Assembly: GCA_965277625.1 (NCBI GenBank)
Contig: OZ255827.1
Span: forward strand, 1,806,913 to 1,870,912
Origin: Gammaproteobacteria bacterium
Lineage (GTDB): Bacteria > Pseudomonadota > Gammaproteobacteria > CAKMZV01
DNA length: 64,000 nucleotides
Direction: 5' to 3'
Shown here: one piece after another, positions 9,535 through 18,404 of the stretch
Numbering within the stretch: the first letter of the stretch is position 1
Layout: the number at the start of each line of letters is the position of its first letter
Notes under the pieces: generated by a model
Told to the model about the DNA's origin: nothing
Databases searched by the model: none
What the model saw: the letters and a program-made list of their open reading frames with translations, nothing else
Made by a program: the position numbers and the translations under genes

Positions 9535-11163
9535 ATGCACATAAACCAAAATCGACCCACCTTCAAACAATGGATTCACCAAGGGGAACATTGGATTTGG
9601 CTCAATGCTTCTGCCGTCAGTATCAGTCTTATCATGGTCTTTGGATTGCTGGCCTTCATCATGGTAAAGGGCTTAGGGCATTTTTGGCCCGCCAGCGTTT
9701 ACGAGTTCGATACCATAGTCAATGCCCAAAAGCAAACGCATGCTGGTGAATTGGTCAAACAACAAAGTGACGAACAAGACAATAAACAACTAAACCAAAG
9801 CCTTTACAAAATTGGCAATCGGGAGCATTTCGGTCTGGATTTCAAATGGTTTAATGATGCGCACATCGAAAACCGCCGCCAACCCAGCGGTTATATCGTG
9901 CTTGAGCGCGAAGAATGGGGCAATGTTTATGCCCGCTTGATTGGATTCACTTGGCAAGGCAAGACCTACGAAGCCGTTGACAATCTACAACAAGCATTAG
10001 ACCAAAGCCATGAGCAGCGCGAAGTCATACACGCCATTGAACGTTATGACATGGGCAAAATCAATCATGCCCTCAGAGCCTTGGCGTTGGACATCAAAAA
10101 ACTTAAGTCTGAACAGCGATGGGATACAACCAAAGAACAGAATTTTGCCCAAAAGACCCAAGCCTTAGAATCACAATACCAAACGCTTAACACCCAATTG
10201 AATGAACAACGAGCCGCATTTAATCGCTTGGGCAGCTTACAGCTCCAAAGTGCAGACGGTCATGTTTTTGAAGTCGCCTTAGATCAGATCATTCGTGCTT
10301 ATTATCCCAATCAAATGTCTGTTTTTGAAAAGATGCAGTTTTATTTCGCCAAAATGTGGGAGTTTGTCTCTGACGACCCGCGCGAAGCCAATACCGAAGG
10401 GGGCATTTTCCCTGCCATATTTGGTACGGTGGTGATGGTTTTGTTAATGACCATTTTGGTCACGCCCATTGGCGTCATAGCGGCCATTTATTTGCGCGAA
10501 TACGCCAAACAAGGGCTCGTTGTGCGCATGATTCGTATTTCAGTCAATAATCTTGCCGGCATTCCATCCATCGTTTATGGCGTCTTTGGTTTGGGTTTCT
10601 TTGTCTATTTCATTGGTGGCTCCATTGATGAGCTGTTTTACGACTATGCCTTACCGTCACCCACTTTTGGCTCGCCTGGATTGCTCTGGGCTTCGCTCAC
10701 ATTGGCCTTGTTGACCTTGCCTGTGGTCATCGTCTCCACTGAAGAAGGTTTGGCGCGCATTCCTTCCTCCATCCGCGAAGGCAGTCTGGCACTGGGCGCC
10801 ACCAAATTTGAAACCCTAACTCGTACTGTACTGCCCATGGCAAGTCCTGCCATCATGACCGGTTTAATTCTTGCCATTGCCCGCGCAGCAGGAGAAGTTG
10901 CCCCCCTAATGTTGGTGGGTGTGGTTAAATTAGCACCTGATTTAGCGATTGATTCAATACCGCCCTTCCTCCATTTGGATCGACAATTCATGCACTTGGG
11001 ATTTCACATTTTTGATGTGGGATTTCAAAGCCCAAATGTTGAAGCTGCGCGGCCCTTGGTTTATGCAACGGCGCTACTACTGATCATTATTGTGATTGTG
11101 CTTAATTTGTTTTCGATCAAAATTCGCAATCATCTAAGAGAAAAATATAAAGCTTTAGAATAG
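9535..11163 (+). CDS. pstA: Phosphate ABC permease PstA
   Basis: PREANTEGGIFPAIFGT, NLAGIPSIVYG, ARAAGEVAPL; ATG at 9535 chosen. Confidence 0.92.
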   Translation: MHINQNRPTFKQWIHQGEHWIWLNASAVSISLIMVFGLLAFIMVKGLGHFWPASVYEFDTIVNAQKQTHAGELVKQQSDEQDNKQLNQSLYKIGNREHFGLDFKWFNDAHIENRRQPSGYIVLEREEWGNVYARLIGFTWQGKTYEAVDNLQQALDQSHEQREVIHAIERYDMGKINHALRALALDIKKLKSEQRWDTTKEQNFAQKTQALESQYQTLNTQLNEQRAAFNRLGSLQLQSADGHVFEVALDQIIRAYYPNQMSVFEKMQFYFAKMWEFVSDDPREANTEGGIFPAIFGTVVMVLLMTILVTPIGVIAAIYLREYAKQGLVVRMIRISVNNLAGIPSIVYGVFGLGFFVYFIGGSIDELFYDYALPSPTFGSPGLLWASLTLALLTLPVVIVSTEEGLARIPSSIREGSLALGATKFETLTRTVLPMASPAIMTGLILAIARAAGEVAPLMLVGVVKLAPDLAIDSIPPFLHLDRQFMHLGFHIFDVGFQSPNVEAARPLVYATALLLIIIVIVLNLFSIKIRNHLREKYKALE

Positions 11164-11178
11164 CCACTGAATACTCGT

Positions 11179-11979
11179 ATGAAAGTTAACTTAAACCACG
11201 ACCTCGCCACTGACAATACGACAGTGGAAACCATTTTGCAGGTCAAAAATTGGAATCTATACTATGGCGATAAGCAAGCCTTAGAGTCCATCAACTTAGA
11301 CATACCAAAGTCACGGGTGACCGCTTTTATTGGTCCAAGTGGCTGTGGCAAATCCACTTTATTGCGCTGTTTTAATCGCATGAATGACTTGGTCGATTCT
11401 GTCCGCACTGAAGGGGAAATCTTTTTAAAAGACCATAATATTTACGACAAGCAATCCAATGTTTCAGAACTGCGTCGTCAAATTGGCATGGTTTTTCAAA
11501 AACCCAATCCCTTTCCTAAAAGCATTTTTGAAAATGTTGCCTATGGTCTGAGACTGCAAGGCGAGAATAATAAAACGGTGTTACAAGACACCGTTGAATG
11601 GGCGCTCAAATCCTCAGGATTGTGGCCTGAAGTTCAAGATCGATTGAACGACAATGCCTTAAGTATATCTGGCGGGCAGCAACAACGATTGGTCATTGCT
11701 CGATGTATTGCCATCAAGCCAAGCGTCTTGCTTTTAGATGAACCCACCTCTGCTTTGGATCCCATCTCTACTCTAAAAATCGAAGAATTAATTTCCGAAT
11801 TACGACAACAATACACCATATTAATCGTTACACACAACATGCAACAAGCGGCGCGCATTTCAGACTATACAGCATTTATGTACATTGGCAAATTGATTGA
11901 ATACAACGCGACCAGCCAACTATTTACCGAACCCAAGGAGAAGCAAACAGAAGATTACATCACAGGAAGATTTGGATAA
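11179..11979 (+). CDS. pstB: Phosphate ABC ATPase PstB
   Basis: [37 protein letters not shown]. Confidence 0.96.
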   Translation: MKVNLNHDLATDNTTVETILQVKNWNLYYGDKQALESINLDIPKSRVTAFIGPSGCGKSTLLRCFNRMNDLVDSVRTEGEIFLKDHNIYDKQSNVSELRRQIGMVFQKPNPFPKSIFENVAYGLRLQGENNKTVLQDTVEWALKSSGLWPEVQDRLNDNALSISGGQQQRLVIARCIAIKPSVLLLDEPTSALDPISTLKIEELISELRQQYTILIVTHNMQQAARISDYTAFMYIGKLIEYNATSQLFTEPKEKQTEDYITGRFG

Positions 11980-11981
11980 TT

Positions 11982-12701
11982 ATGAATAGGAAAAAAACCC
12001 ACATATTAAAAAATTTTGACGAGGACTTAGCCCAGTTAAATGTGCGCATGCTTAATATGGCACGCAGTGTTGAAGAGCAAATAAATTTTGCCATCGATTC
12101 TTTGGAGAAGTCGAGTAATGAGATCGCTGAAAAAACCATACGGCAAGATAAAAAAATCAATCGATATGAGGTTGAGATCAATGAGCTGTGTTTTGGCGTA
12201 CTGGCGATTTATCAACCTGTGGCTTCCGATTTACGTATCCCTCTGTCGGTCATCAAAATGAGCAATGATTTGGAGCGCATCGGCGATGAAGCGGAAAAAT
12301 TAGCCACGGCAACCCTTGTGTCCATTGAAGATCAATACGCGGCAAAACCACCGCTTCTCAAAATGGCAAGGCGCGTACATGAGGCTTATAAAGAAATGAT
12401 TGTTGTGTTGGAAACTCAAGACGTTCGTTTGGCAGAAAATCTCCTTGCCGCCGATTTATCGCTCCATCAACGCTATGATAAAGCGCTGATAGAAGTGGTC
12501 AAAATCATTCAATCCAATCCATTGAGCAGGCGCCAGATTCTGGCTTATTTATGGGCCATTAAAGGTTTGGAAAGAATCAGTGACCACATCCGCAACATCT
12601 GTCAGCAGCTGGTTTATATGAAAACAGGGACTTTTTTAGGCGATAATCTACAATCTGATGCCATTGAAAAAGCTGACCCTGCAACCAAAGAAACCGATTG
12701 A
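11982..12701 (+). CDS. phoU: Phosphate signalling protein PhoU
   Basis: QPVASDLR, DLERIGDEA, LERISDH. Confidence 0.92.
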   Translation: MNRKKTHILKNFDEDLAQLNVRMLNMARSVEEQINFAIDSLEKSSNEIAEKTIRQDKKINRYEVEINELCFGVLAIYQPVASDLRIPLSVIKMSNDLERIGDEAEKLATATLVSIEDQYAAKPPLLKMARRVHEAYKEMIVVLETQDVRLAENLLAADLSLHQRYDKALIEVVKIIQSNPLSRRQILAYLWAIKGLERISDHIRNICQQLVYMKTGTFLGDNLQSDAIEKADPATKETD

Positions 12702-12744
12702 TCATAAAACCCACATTGACTTTAACTTGACCGCTTAATTGACT

Positions 12745-13704
12745 ATGAAACACTTATTACTCTCCATCGTCCTTGCATTTTTTGTGTCCCAGGCTCTCGC
12801 AGAAACAAAAGTCGATCCCGCCCTACCCGATTACCAAAGAATTCAAGGCGTATCAGGAAAGATTTCCAGCGTGGGCTCAGATACCTTGGCCAATCTCATG
12901 ACCCTCTGGAGTGAAGATTTCAAACGCTTTTATCCCAACGTGTCGATTCAAATCCAAGCGGCAGGCTCTTCAACAGCGCCACCTGCTCTCACAGAAGGCA
13001 CGTCAAACTTGGGACCCATGAGTCGAAAAATGAAATCAAAGGAAATTGCCGCATTTGAAAAAACCCATGGCTATAAAGCATTGGCCATCCCAGTGGCTGT
13101 AGATGCTCTGGCGGTTTTTGTCAATAAGGATAATCCCATCAAAGGTTTAAGCATTGCCGAAGTGGATGCCATTTTTTCATCAACCCTCAAGTGTGGCCAT
13201 AAAAAGGCGACCAATGTTTGGGGCGATTTAGGCTTAAGCGGGGCTTGGCAGAACCGTGATATCCAATTATTTGGCCGAAACTCGGTCTCTGGCACTTATG
13301 GCTACTTCAAAAAACGCGGCTTGTGCAAAGGGGATTTTCGTAACAGCGTCAACGAGCAACCTGGCTCTGCTTCAGTGGTGCAATCTGTCAGCGCTTCAAT
13401 CAATGGCATTGGCTACTCAGGCATTGGTTATAAAACCGCGGGTGTGCGTGCCTTACCCATAGCGAAAAAAATCGGCAAACCCTTTGTGCACGTCACGGCA
13501 GAAAACGCCTTAAAAGGCAAGTACCCCTTAGCCCGTTATCTGTATATTTACGTGAATAAGCCCCCTAACAAACCCCTTGATCTCAACACCCGCGAGTTCA
13601 TCAAATTGATTCTCTCGAAAAAAGGCCAAACCACCGTCATCAAAGATGGCTACATTCCGCTGCCATCCAAAGTCGTTAATAAGGTTTTGAAAAAGATTCA
13701 ATAG
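12745..13704 (+). CDS. pstS: Phosphate-binding protein PstS
   Basis: Signal peptide, [33 protein letters not shown]. Confidence 0.92.
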   Translation: MKHLLLSIVLAFFVSQALAETKVDPALPDYQRIQGVSGKISSVGSDTLANLMTLWSEDFKRFYPNVSIQIQAAGSSTAPPALTEGTSNLGPMSRKMKSKEIAAFEKTHGYKALAIPVAVDALAVFVNKDNPIKGLSIAEVDAIFSSTLKCGHKKATNVWGDLGLSGAWQNRDIQLFGRNSVSGTYGYFKKRGLCKGDFRNSVNEQPGSASVVQSVSASINGIGYSGIGYKTAGVRALPIAKKIGKPFVHVTAENALKGKYPLARYLYIYVNKPPNKPLDLNTREFIKLILSKKGQTTVIKDGYIPLPSKVVNKVLKKIQ

Positions 13705-13816
13705 CTTCAATGGTCAATGTGGCGCATAAACAGCTGCATTAAAAACACCGTGACAATTGGATGCGTTTCCCCAATAACGCATAAAATAGCCTGTTCAATG
13801 AACTCACTGAGCCACC

Positions 13817-15307
13817 ATGCAATCTAATACTTTCAATTGGCGTTTTGACCACAGTTATGCCCAATTGCCCAGTCATTTTTATGAAAAGTGTCGGCCTTTG
13901 GCGGTGCCAGACCCTCAAGTGGTCCTTGTTAATCACCCACTGGCACACCAACTGGGTTTATCATTGGACGCTGACTCAAATTCAGCCTTAGCGTCTGTTT
14001 TTTCGGGTAATCAATTGCCCCCGCAAGCAGAGCCTTTGGCCATGGCCTATGCTGGTCATCAGTTTGGTCATCTGAGTTTGCTCGGTGACGGCAGAGCCCA
14101 TCTGCTGGGTGAACACCTCACGCCCGAAAATAAACGCTTTGACATTCAACTCAAAGGTTCTGGACCCACACCCTATGCACGACGTGGCGACGGCCGCGCC
14201 GCACTTGGTCCCATGTTACGAGAATACATTATCAGTGAAGCCATGGCAGCGCTGGGCATTCCAAGTACCCGCAGCTTGGCTGTTGTCCGCACGGGTGATT
14301 CCATTCGTCGTCACGGTGTGTTACCTGGCGCCATTCTTACTCGGGTGGCTGCCAGTCATTTGCGCATTGGCACATTTCAGTATTGTGCTGCCAAACAAGA
14401 CAAAAACGATTTAATACAACTGGCGGATTACACCATTCAAAGACATTACCCAGACATCGCTCAAGCAGATAACCCCTACATTGAATTATTAAAGTCTGTG
14501 GTGCTTAGCCAAGTCCATTTAGTCGTCCAATGGTTGAGAGTGGGGTTCATCCATGGCGTCATGAACACCGATAATATTGCCCTTTCTGGAGAGACCATCG
14601 ACTATGGACCCTGCGCCTTCATGGACCACTACGACCCTAAAACCGTGTTCAGTTCTATAGACCACAATGGTCGCTATGCTTATGCCAACCAAGCGCCCAT
14701 TATGCAATGGAATTTAGCCCGATTTGCTGAAGCTTTATTGCCGTTAATCGACAATGACCCCAAAAAGTCTGTGACCATCGCTGAAGATATCATCCGATCG
14801 TTTCAAGACCACTTTGAAGCACAATGGCTTGATATGATGCGACGGAAGCTGGGTTTAAGGGGCGAAGCAGACAATGATGGGCCGCTCATTCAATCGTGGA
14901 TGCAATGGTTGCAGCAAAACCAAATCGATTTTACCAACGGCTTTCGCTATTTAAGTCATTGTCTGAGCCACGACCAAGCTGACTTAGACCCCCTCTTTGC
15001 CCAAATGCCCCAGCAAGATGCGACTTTTAAGCAATGGTATAAGCAATGGCATCAACGCCTACAGAGCGGAAAGCAAACACCCGAACAAATCCTCCAAGGC
15101 ATGGATGCTTGTAATCCTGTGGTGATTCCGCGCAATCACGTCGTTGAGGGCGCGCTGAATAGGGCTGAACAATCATTAGATTATGGTCCCGTTCAAACAC
15201 TGCTCGATGCGCTTAGCCAACCTTATGAACAGACCACTGAAAATGAATATCTGAGACCAACCCCAGAGAAAAATGATCGCATCTATCAAACCTTTTGTGG
15301 CACCTAA
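13817..15307 (+). CDS. selO: Protein adenylyltransferase SelO (YdiU)
   Basis: YAGHQFG, LGDGRA, KGSGPTPY.R.GDGRA, GFIHGVMNTDN, TFCGT end. Confidence 0.95.
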   Translation: MQSNTFNWRFDHSYAQLPSHFYEKCRPLAVPDPQVVLVNHPLAHQLGLSLDADSNSALASVFSGNQLPPQAEPLAMAYAGHQFGHLSLLGDGRAHLLGEHLTPENKRFDIQLKGSGPTPYARRGDGRAALGPMLREYIISEAMAALGIPSTRSLAVVRTGDSIRRHGVLPGAILTRVAASHLRIGTFQYCAAKQDKNDLIQLADYTIQRHYPDIAQADNPYIELLKSVVLSQVHLVVQWLRVGFIHGVMNTDNIALSGETIDYGPCAFMDHYDPKTVFSSIDHNGRYAYANQAPIMQWNLARFAEALLPLIDNDPKKSVTIAEDIIRSFQDHFEAQWLDMMRRKLGLRGEADNDGPLIQSWMQWLQQNQIDFTNGFRYLSHCLSHDQADLDPLFAQMPQQDATFKQWYKQWHQRLQSGKQTPEQILQGMDACNPVVIPRNHVVEGALNRAEQSLDYGPVQTLLDALSQPYEQTTENEYLRPTPEKNDRIYQTFCGT

Positions 15308-15441
15308 GTTTTTAAGGCTTTATGGTTGTTTCTGCTAATCATGTATTAAATATTTTTGTAGTGTAAAATGGACATGATTGGTGAGTCAGGTTTAATCATT
15401 AAATCGTGACTTTTATTTAACTTACTTTATTGAATGAAATT

Positions 15442-15774
15442 ATGGAAAATGTTTTAGATTTCAGTGATTCTGCAGCTTCAAAAGTTGGGCTTTTGATTGA
15501 TGAGGAAGGCAACCCTTCGCTTAAATTGCGTGTCTATATTATTGGCGGTGGTTGTTCTGGATTCCAATACGGTTTCACCTTTGATGAATTGCAACAGGAC
15601 GATGATACCGTTCTCGAAAATCAAGGCGTGACGCTGTTAATTGATTCAATGAGTGTCCAATACTTACACGGAGCAAAAATTGATTATCTTGAAGACCTTC
15701 AAGGGGCGCGTTTTGTGATTGAAAATCCAAATGCCTCAACAACTTGTGGTTGTGGTTCCTCTTTTAGTGTATAA
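15442..15774 (+). CDS. erpA: Fe-S cluster insertion protein ErpA
   Basis: [11 protein letters not shown] and [15 protein letters not shown]. Confidence 0.93.
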   Translation: MENVLDFSDSAASKVGLLIDEEGNPSLKLRVYIIGGGCSGFQYGFTFDELQQDDDTVLENQGVTLLIDSMSVQYLHGAKIDYLEDLQGARFVIENPNASTTCGCGSSFSV

Positions 15775-15817
15775 CGTATAATCATTGACACGCCTTAGGG
15801 CAGATGATGACCAAATT

Positions 15818-16966
15818 ATGAAATATGTACCCGGGCTTGCCGGCATTCCAGCGACAGAATCCGCCATTTCAGATATAGATGGTGAGAAAGGTGTACTCTT
15901 TTATCGTGGCTATCCCATTGAACAACTGGCAGAACATAGCACATTTAGCGAAACGGCATTGTTATTGTTGCGTGGCAATCTCCCGACACCAGAAGAATTA
16001 CAGCAATTTGACAGCGACTTAGTCAACCATCGACGCATTAAATTTAACATTGACGGCATTCTCCAAAGATTGCCCCCTTCCGCACATCCAATGCAGGTAT
16101 TGCAAATTGGCATCTCGTGCTTGTCGAGCTTTTTCCCGGCGACCGAAGTGTCAGACGAGGGCATTTATACCCAACAACAACAGTACGAATCAGCTGTCAC
16201 CATCCTATCGCATGTGGGCACATTGGTGGCCATGTGGGAGCAAATTCGCTCAGGCTATAGACCCATTAGCCCCAAATATGATGGCAATTATGCGGACAAT
16301 TTTCTTTATACTGTTTTGGGCTATGAACCCAGTCCCATGATGATCAAAATCATGGACACCTGCCTCATACTGCACGCAGAGCATACCATCAACGCCTCAA
16401 CATTTACCGCCATGGTCACCGCCTCAACCCTGGCCAACCCTTGCTCGGTCATTGCTGCCGCCGTTGCCTCCTTATCGGGTCCGCTACATGGGGGCGCCAA
16501 TCGCGCCGTCATCAATATGATTGACGAAATTGGCAAGCCTGAAAATGTTGAAAATTATGTATTGGACAAAATCAAAAACAAACAAGTCATCTGGGGCATG
16601 GGACACAGAGAGTATAAAACCAAAGACCCTCGCGCCAAACTGTTACAAAAACTGGTCGAAGAGCTGATGAAACGCAAAGGCAAAATATCCAAGCAATTGG
16701 AAATTGCCGTCAAAGTTGAAGAAATTTGTCATAAACATTTGGCAGACAAGGGCGTCTATCCCAACGTTGATTTCTATTCGGGCATTTTATATCGTGAAAT
16801 TGGTTTACGACCCGAGCTGTTTACCCCCATTTTTGCCGTGGCGCGCACAGCTGGTTGGTTGGCACACTATATGGAACAAGTCGCACACAATCGCATTTTC
16901 AGACCAACCCAGATTTACGTCGGTTCTGAGCCCAGAACTTACGTGCCCATAGGGCAACGCGCTTAG
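15818..16966 (+). CDS. gltA: Citrate synthase (short type)
   Basis: LHAEHTINAST, GPLHGGAN, GMGHREYK..DPRA, YPNVDFYSG, RIFRP. Confidence 0.88.
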   Translation: MKYVPGLAGIPATESAISDIDGEKGVLFYRGYPIEQLAEHSTFSETALLLLRGNLPTPEELQQFDSDLVNHRRIKFNIDGILQRLPPSAHPMQVLQIGISCLSSFFPATEVSDEGIYTQQQQYESAVTILSHVGTLVAMWEQIRSGYRPISPKYDGNYADNFLYTVLGYEPSPMMIKIMDTCLILHAEHTINASTFTAMVTASTLANPCSVIAAAVASLSGPLHGGANRAVINMIDEIGKPENVENYVLDKIKNKQVIWGMGHREYKTKDPRAKLLQKLVEELMKRKGKISKQLEIAVKVEEICHKHLADKGVYPNVDFYSGILYREIGLRPELFTPIFAVARTAGWLAHYMEQVAHNRIFRPTQIYVGSEPRTYVPIGQRA

Positions 16967-17020
16967 ACGAGATTCGTAGATGTGTTGTCAATTTTCACCC
17001 TTAGATAAGATCTAAGATTC

Positions 17021-18322
17021 GTGGCATTGTCATTCGGCACAGACGGCATACGCGGTTATTGGGACACCCCTAATTTTAACCAAAACACCATCCGCGCCAT
17101 AGCGCGCGCTGTGGGATCATTTGTCAGCGATCAATCTAACCAACCCAGCGTGGTGATCGGTGGTGATTCGCGCGATTCGACCAAAGATATTTTCCTCATT
17201 GTGCAAGAAGTGCTCATGACCTATGGCGTACAACTTTGCCATCTTGGACTGACCACTTCACCTGCAGTGGCGTACATGACCGCTCAACAAAACGCCAATC
17301 TGGGTATGATGATTACCGCATCGCATAATCCTTGGCACGACAATGGTCTCAAGTTCTTTTCAAACACGGGCACCAAATTAACAGCTACACAAGAGCAGCA
17401 ATTTCAACAATACCTCAATCACCCCAAAACGCCAAACCAAGCCACTGGCACAACAACCACACTTTCGGCCAATCCATATTTACAACATTTACAAACGCTG
17501 GCGCCTTCAGGCAATTTTAAAGCCCGCATTGTTTTGGATACAGCCAATGGTTCCGCCTATGCGCTGGCGCCACAACTGCTACAAACATTGGGCTTAGACT
17601 ACATTGACATTTCTTCTGAACCCAACGGACACAACATCAATGAAGGCTGTGGCGCAACCCACCCCCAATTTGCTGCCAAAAAAGTGCTTGAACATCAAGC
17701 AGACATTGGTATTGTGTTAGACGGCGACGCCGATCGAATTCAGTTAATCGACCATCAGGGCAAGTTGATTGATGGCGATGGCATTCTCTATATTTATGCG
17801 AACTTCTATGATTTGGTCGGCATTGCGGGCACCCAAATGAGCAATCAAGCACTGGCGATTGCCTTAGAAAATAAAGGCATTGAGTTCATACGGACGGATG
17901 TCGGCGATAAATACGTTCTGCAAGCCTTGTCTGAGAAACAATGGCAATACGGCGCCGAACCCTCAGGACACGTCATAAATATGCGAACCAATCCGACGGG
18001 TGATGGTCTTTTGTCCGCATTGGAGGTTTTAAACATCATGCACAAAACCCAAAAAGACTTGGCAACCTTGGTTGCTGGCTATCAGCCCTACCCGCAAATT
18101 TTGGTTAATATTAAGGTCAAAGAACGCGCCAAAGAACTCATACAGCACGCCACGGTCATTGAAATGGTCGAGCGTATCACCAAACAGTTAAACAACAAAG
18201 GCCGCGTATTACTGCGGGTCTCAGGCACCGAACCCCTGATTAGAATCATGGTTGAAGGCGAACAAGAACAAAAGCTGCAATCCTATGCGGATGAACTTGC
18301 CGCAAAGATTAAAAGTTTGTAA
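17021..18322 (+). CDS. glmM: Phosphoglucosamine mutase
   Basis: FGTDGIRG, ITASHNP, DGDADR, VGDKYV, SGTEPLIR. Confidence 0.9.
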   Translation: MALSFGTDGIRGYWDTPNFNQNTIRAIARAVGSFVSDQSNQPSVVIGGDSRDSTKDIFLIVQEVLMTYGVQLCHLGLTTSPAVAYMTAQQNANLGMMITASHNPWHDNGLKFFSNTGTKLTATQEQQFQQYLNHPKTPNQATGTTTTLSANPYLQHLQTLAPSGNFKARIVLDTANGSAYALAPQLLQTLGLDYIDISSEPNGHNINEGCGATHPQFAAKKVLEHQADIGIVLDGDADRIQLIDHQGKLIDGDGILYIYANFYDLVGIAGTQMSNQALAIALENKGIEFIRTDVGDKYVLQALSEKQWQYGAEPSGHVINMRTNPTGDGLLSALEVLNIMHKTQKDLATLVAGYQPYPQILVNIKVKERAKELIQHATVIEMVERITKQLNNKGRVLLRVSGTEPLIRIMVEGEQEQKLQSYADELAAKIKSL

Positions 18323-18404
18323 AAACCCCTTCTTTTTAATGACTGGAATTGTGCGAAATTAAAAGATTTGCCAATCGCACTGTGCCGATGACCTATTGTG
18401 CGCT

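Noticed and set aside
15280-15310. Possible selenocysteine at the SelO C-terminus
   Set aside because: Ends TFCGT-TAA with no in-frame TGA
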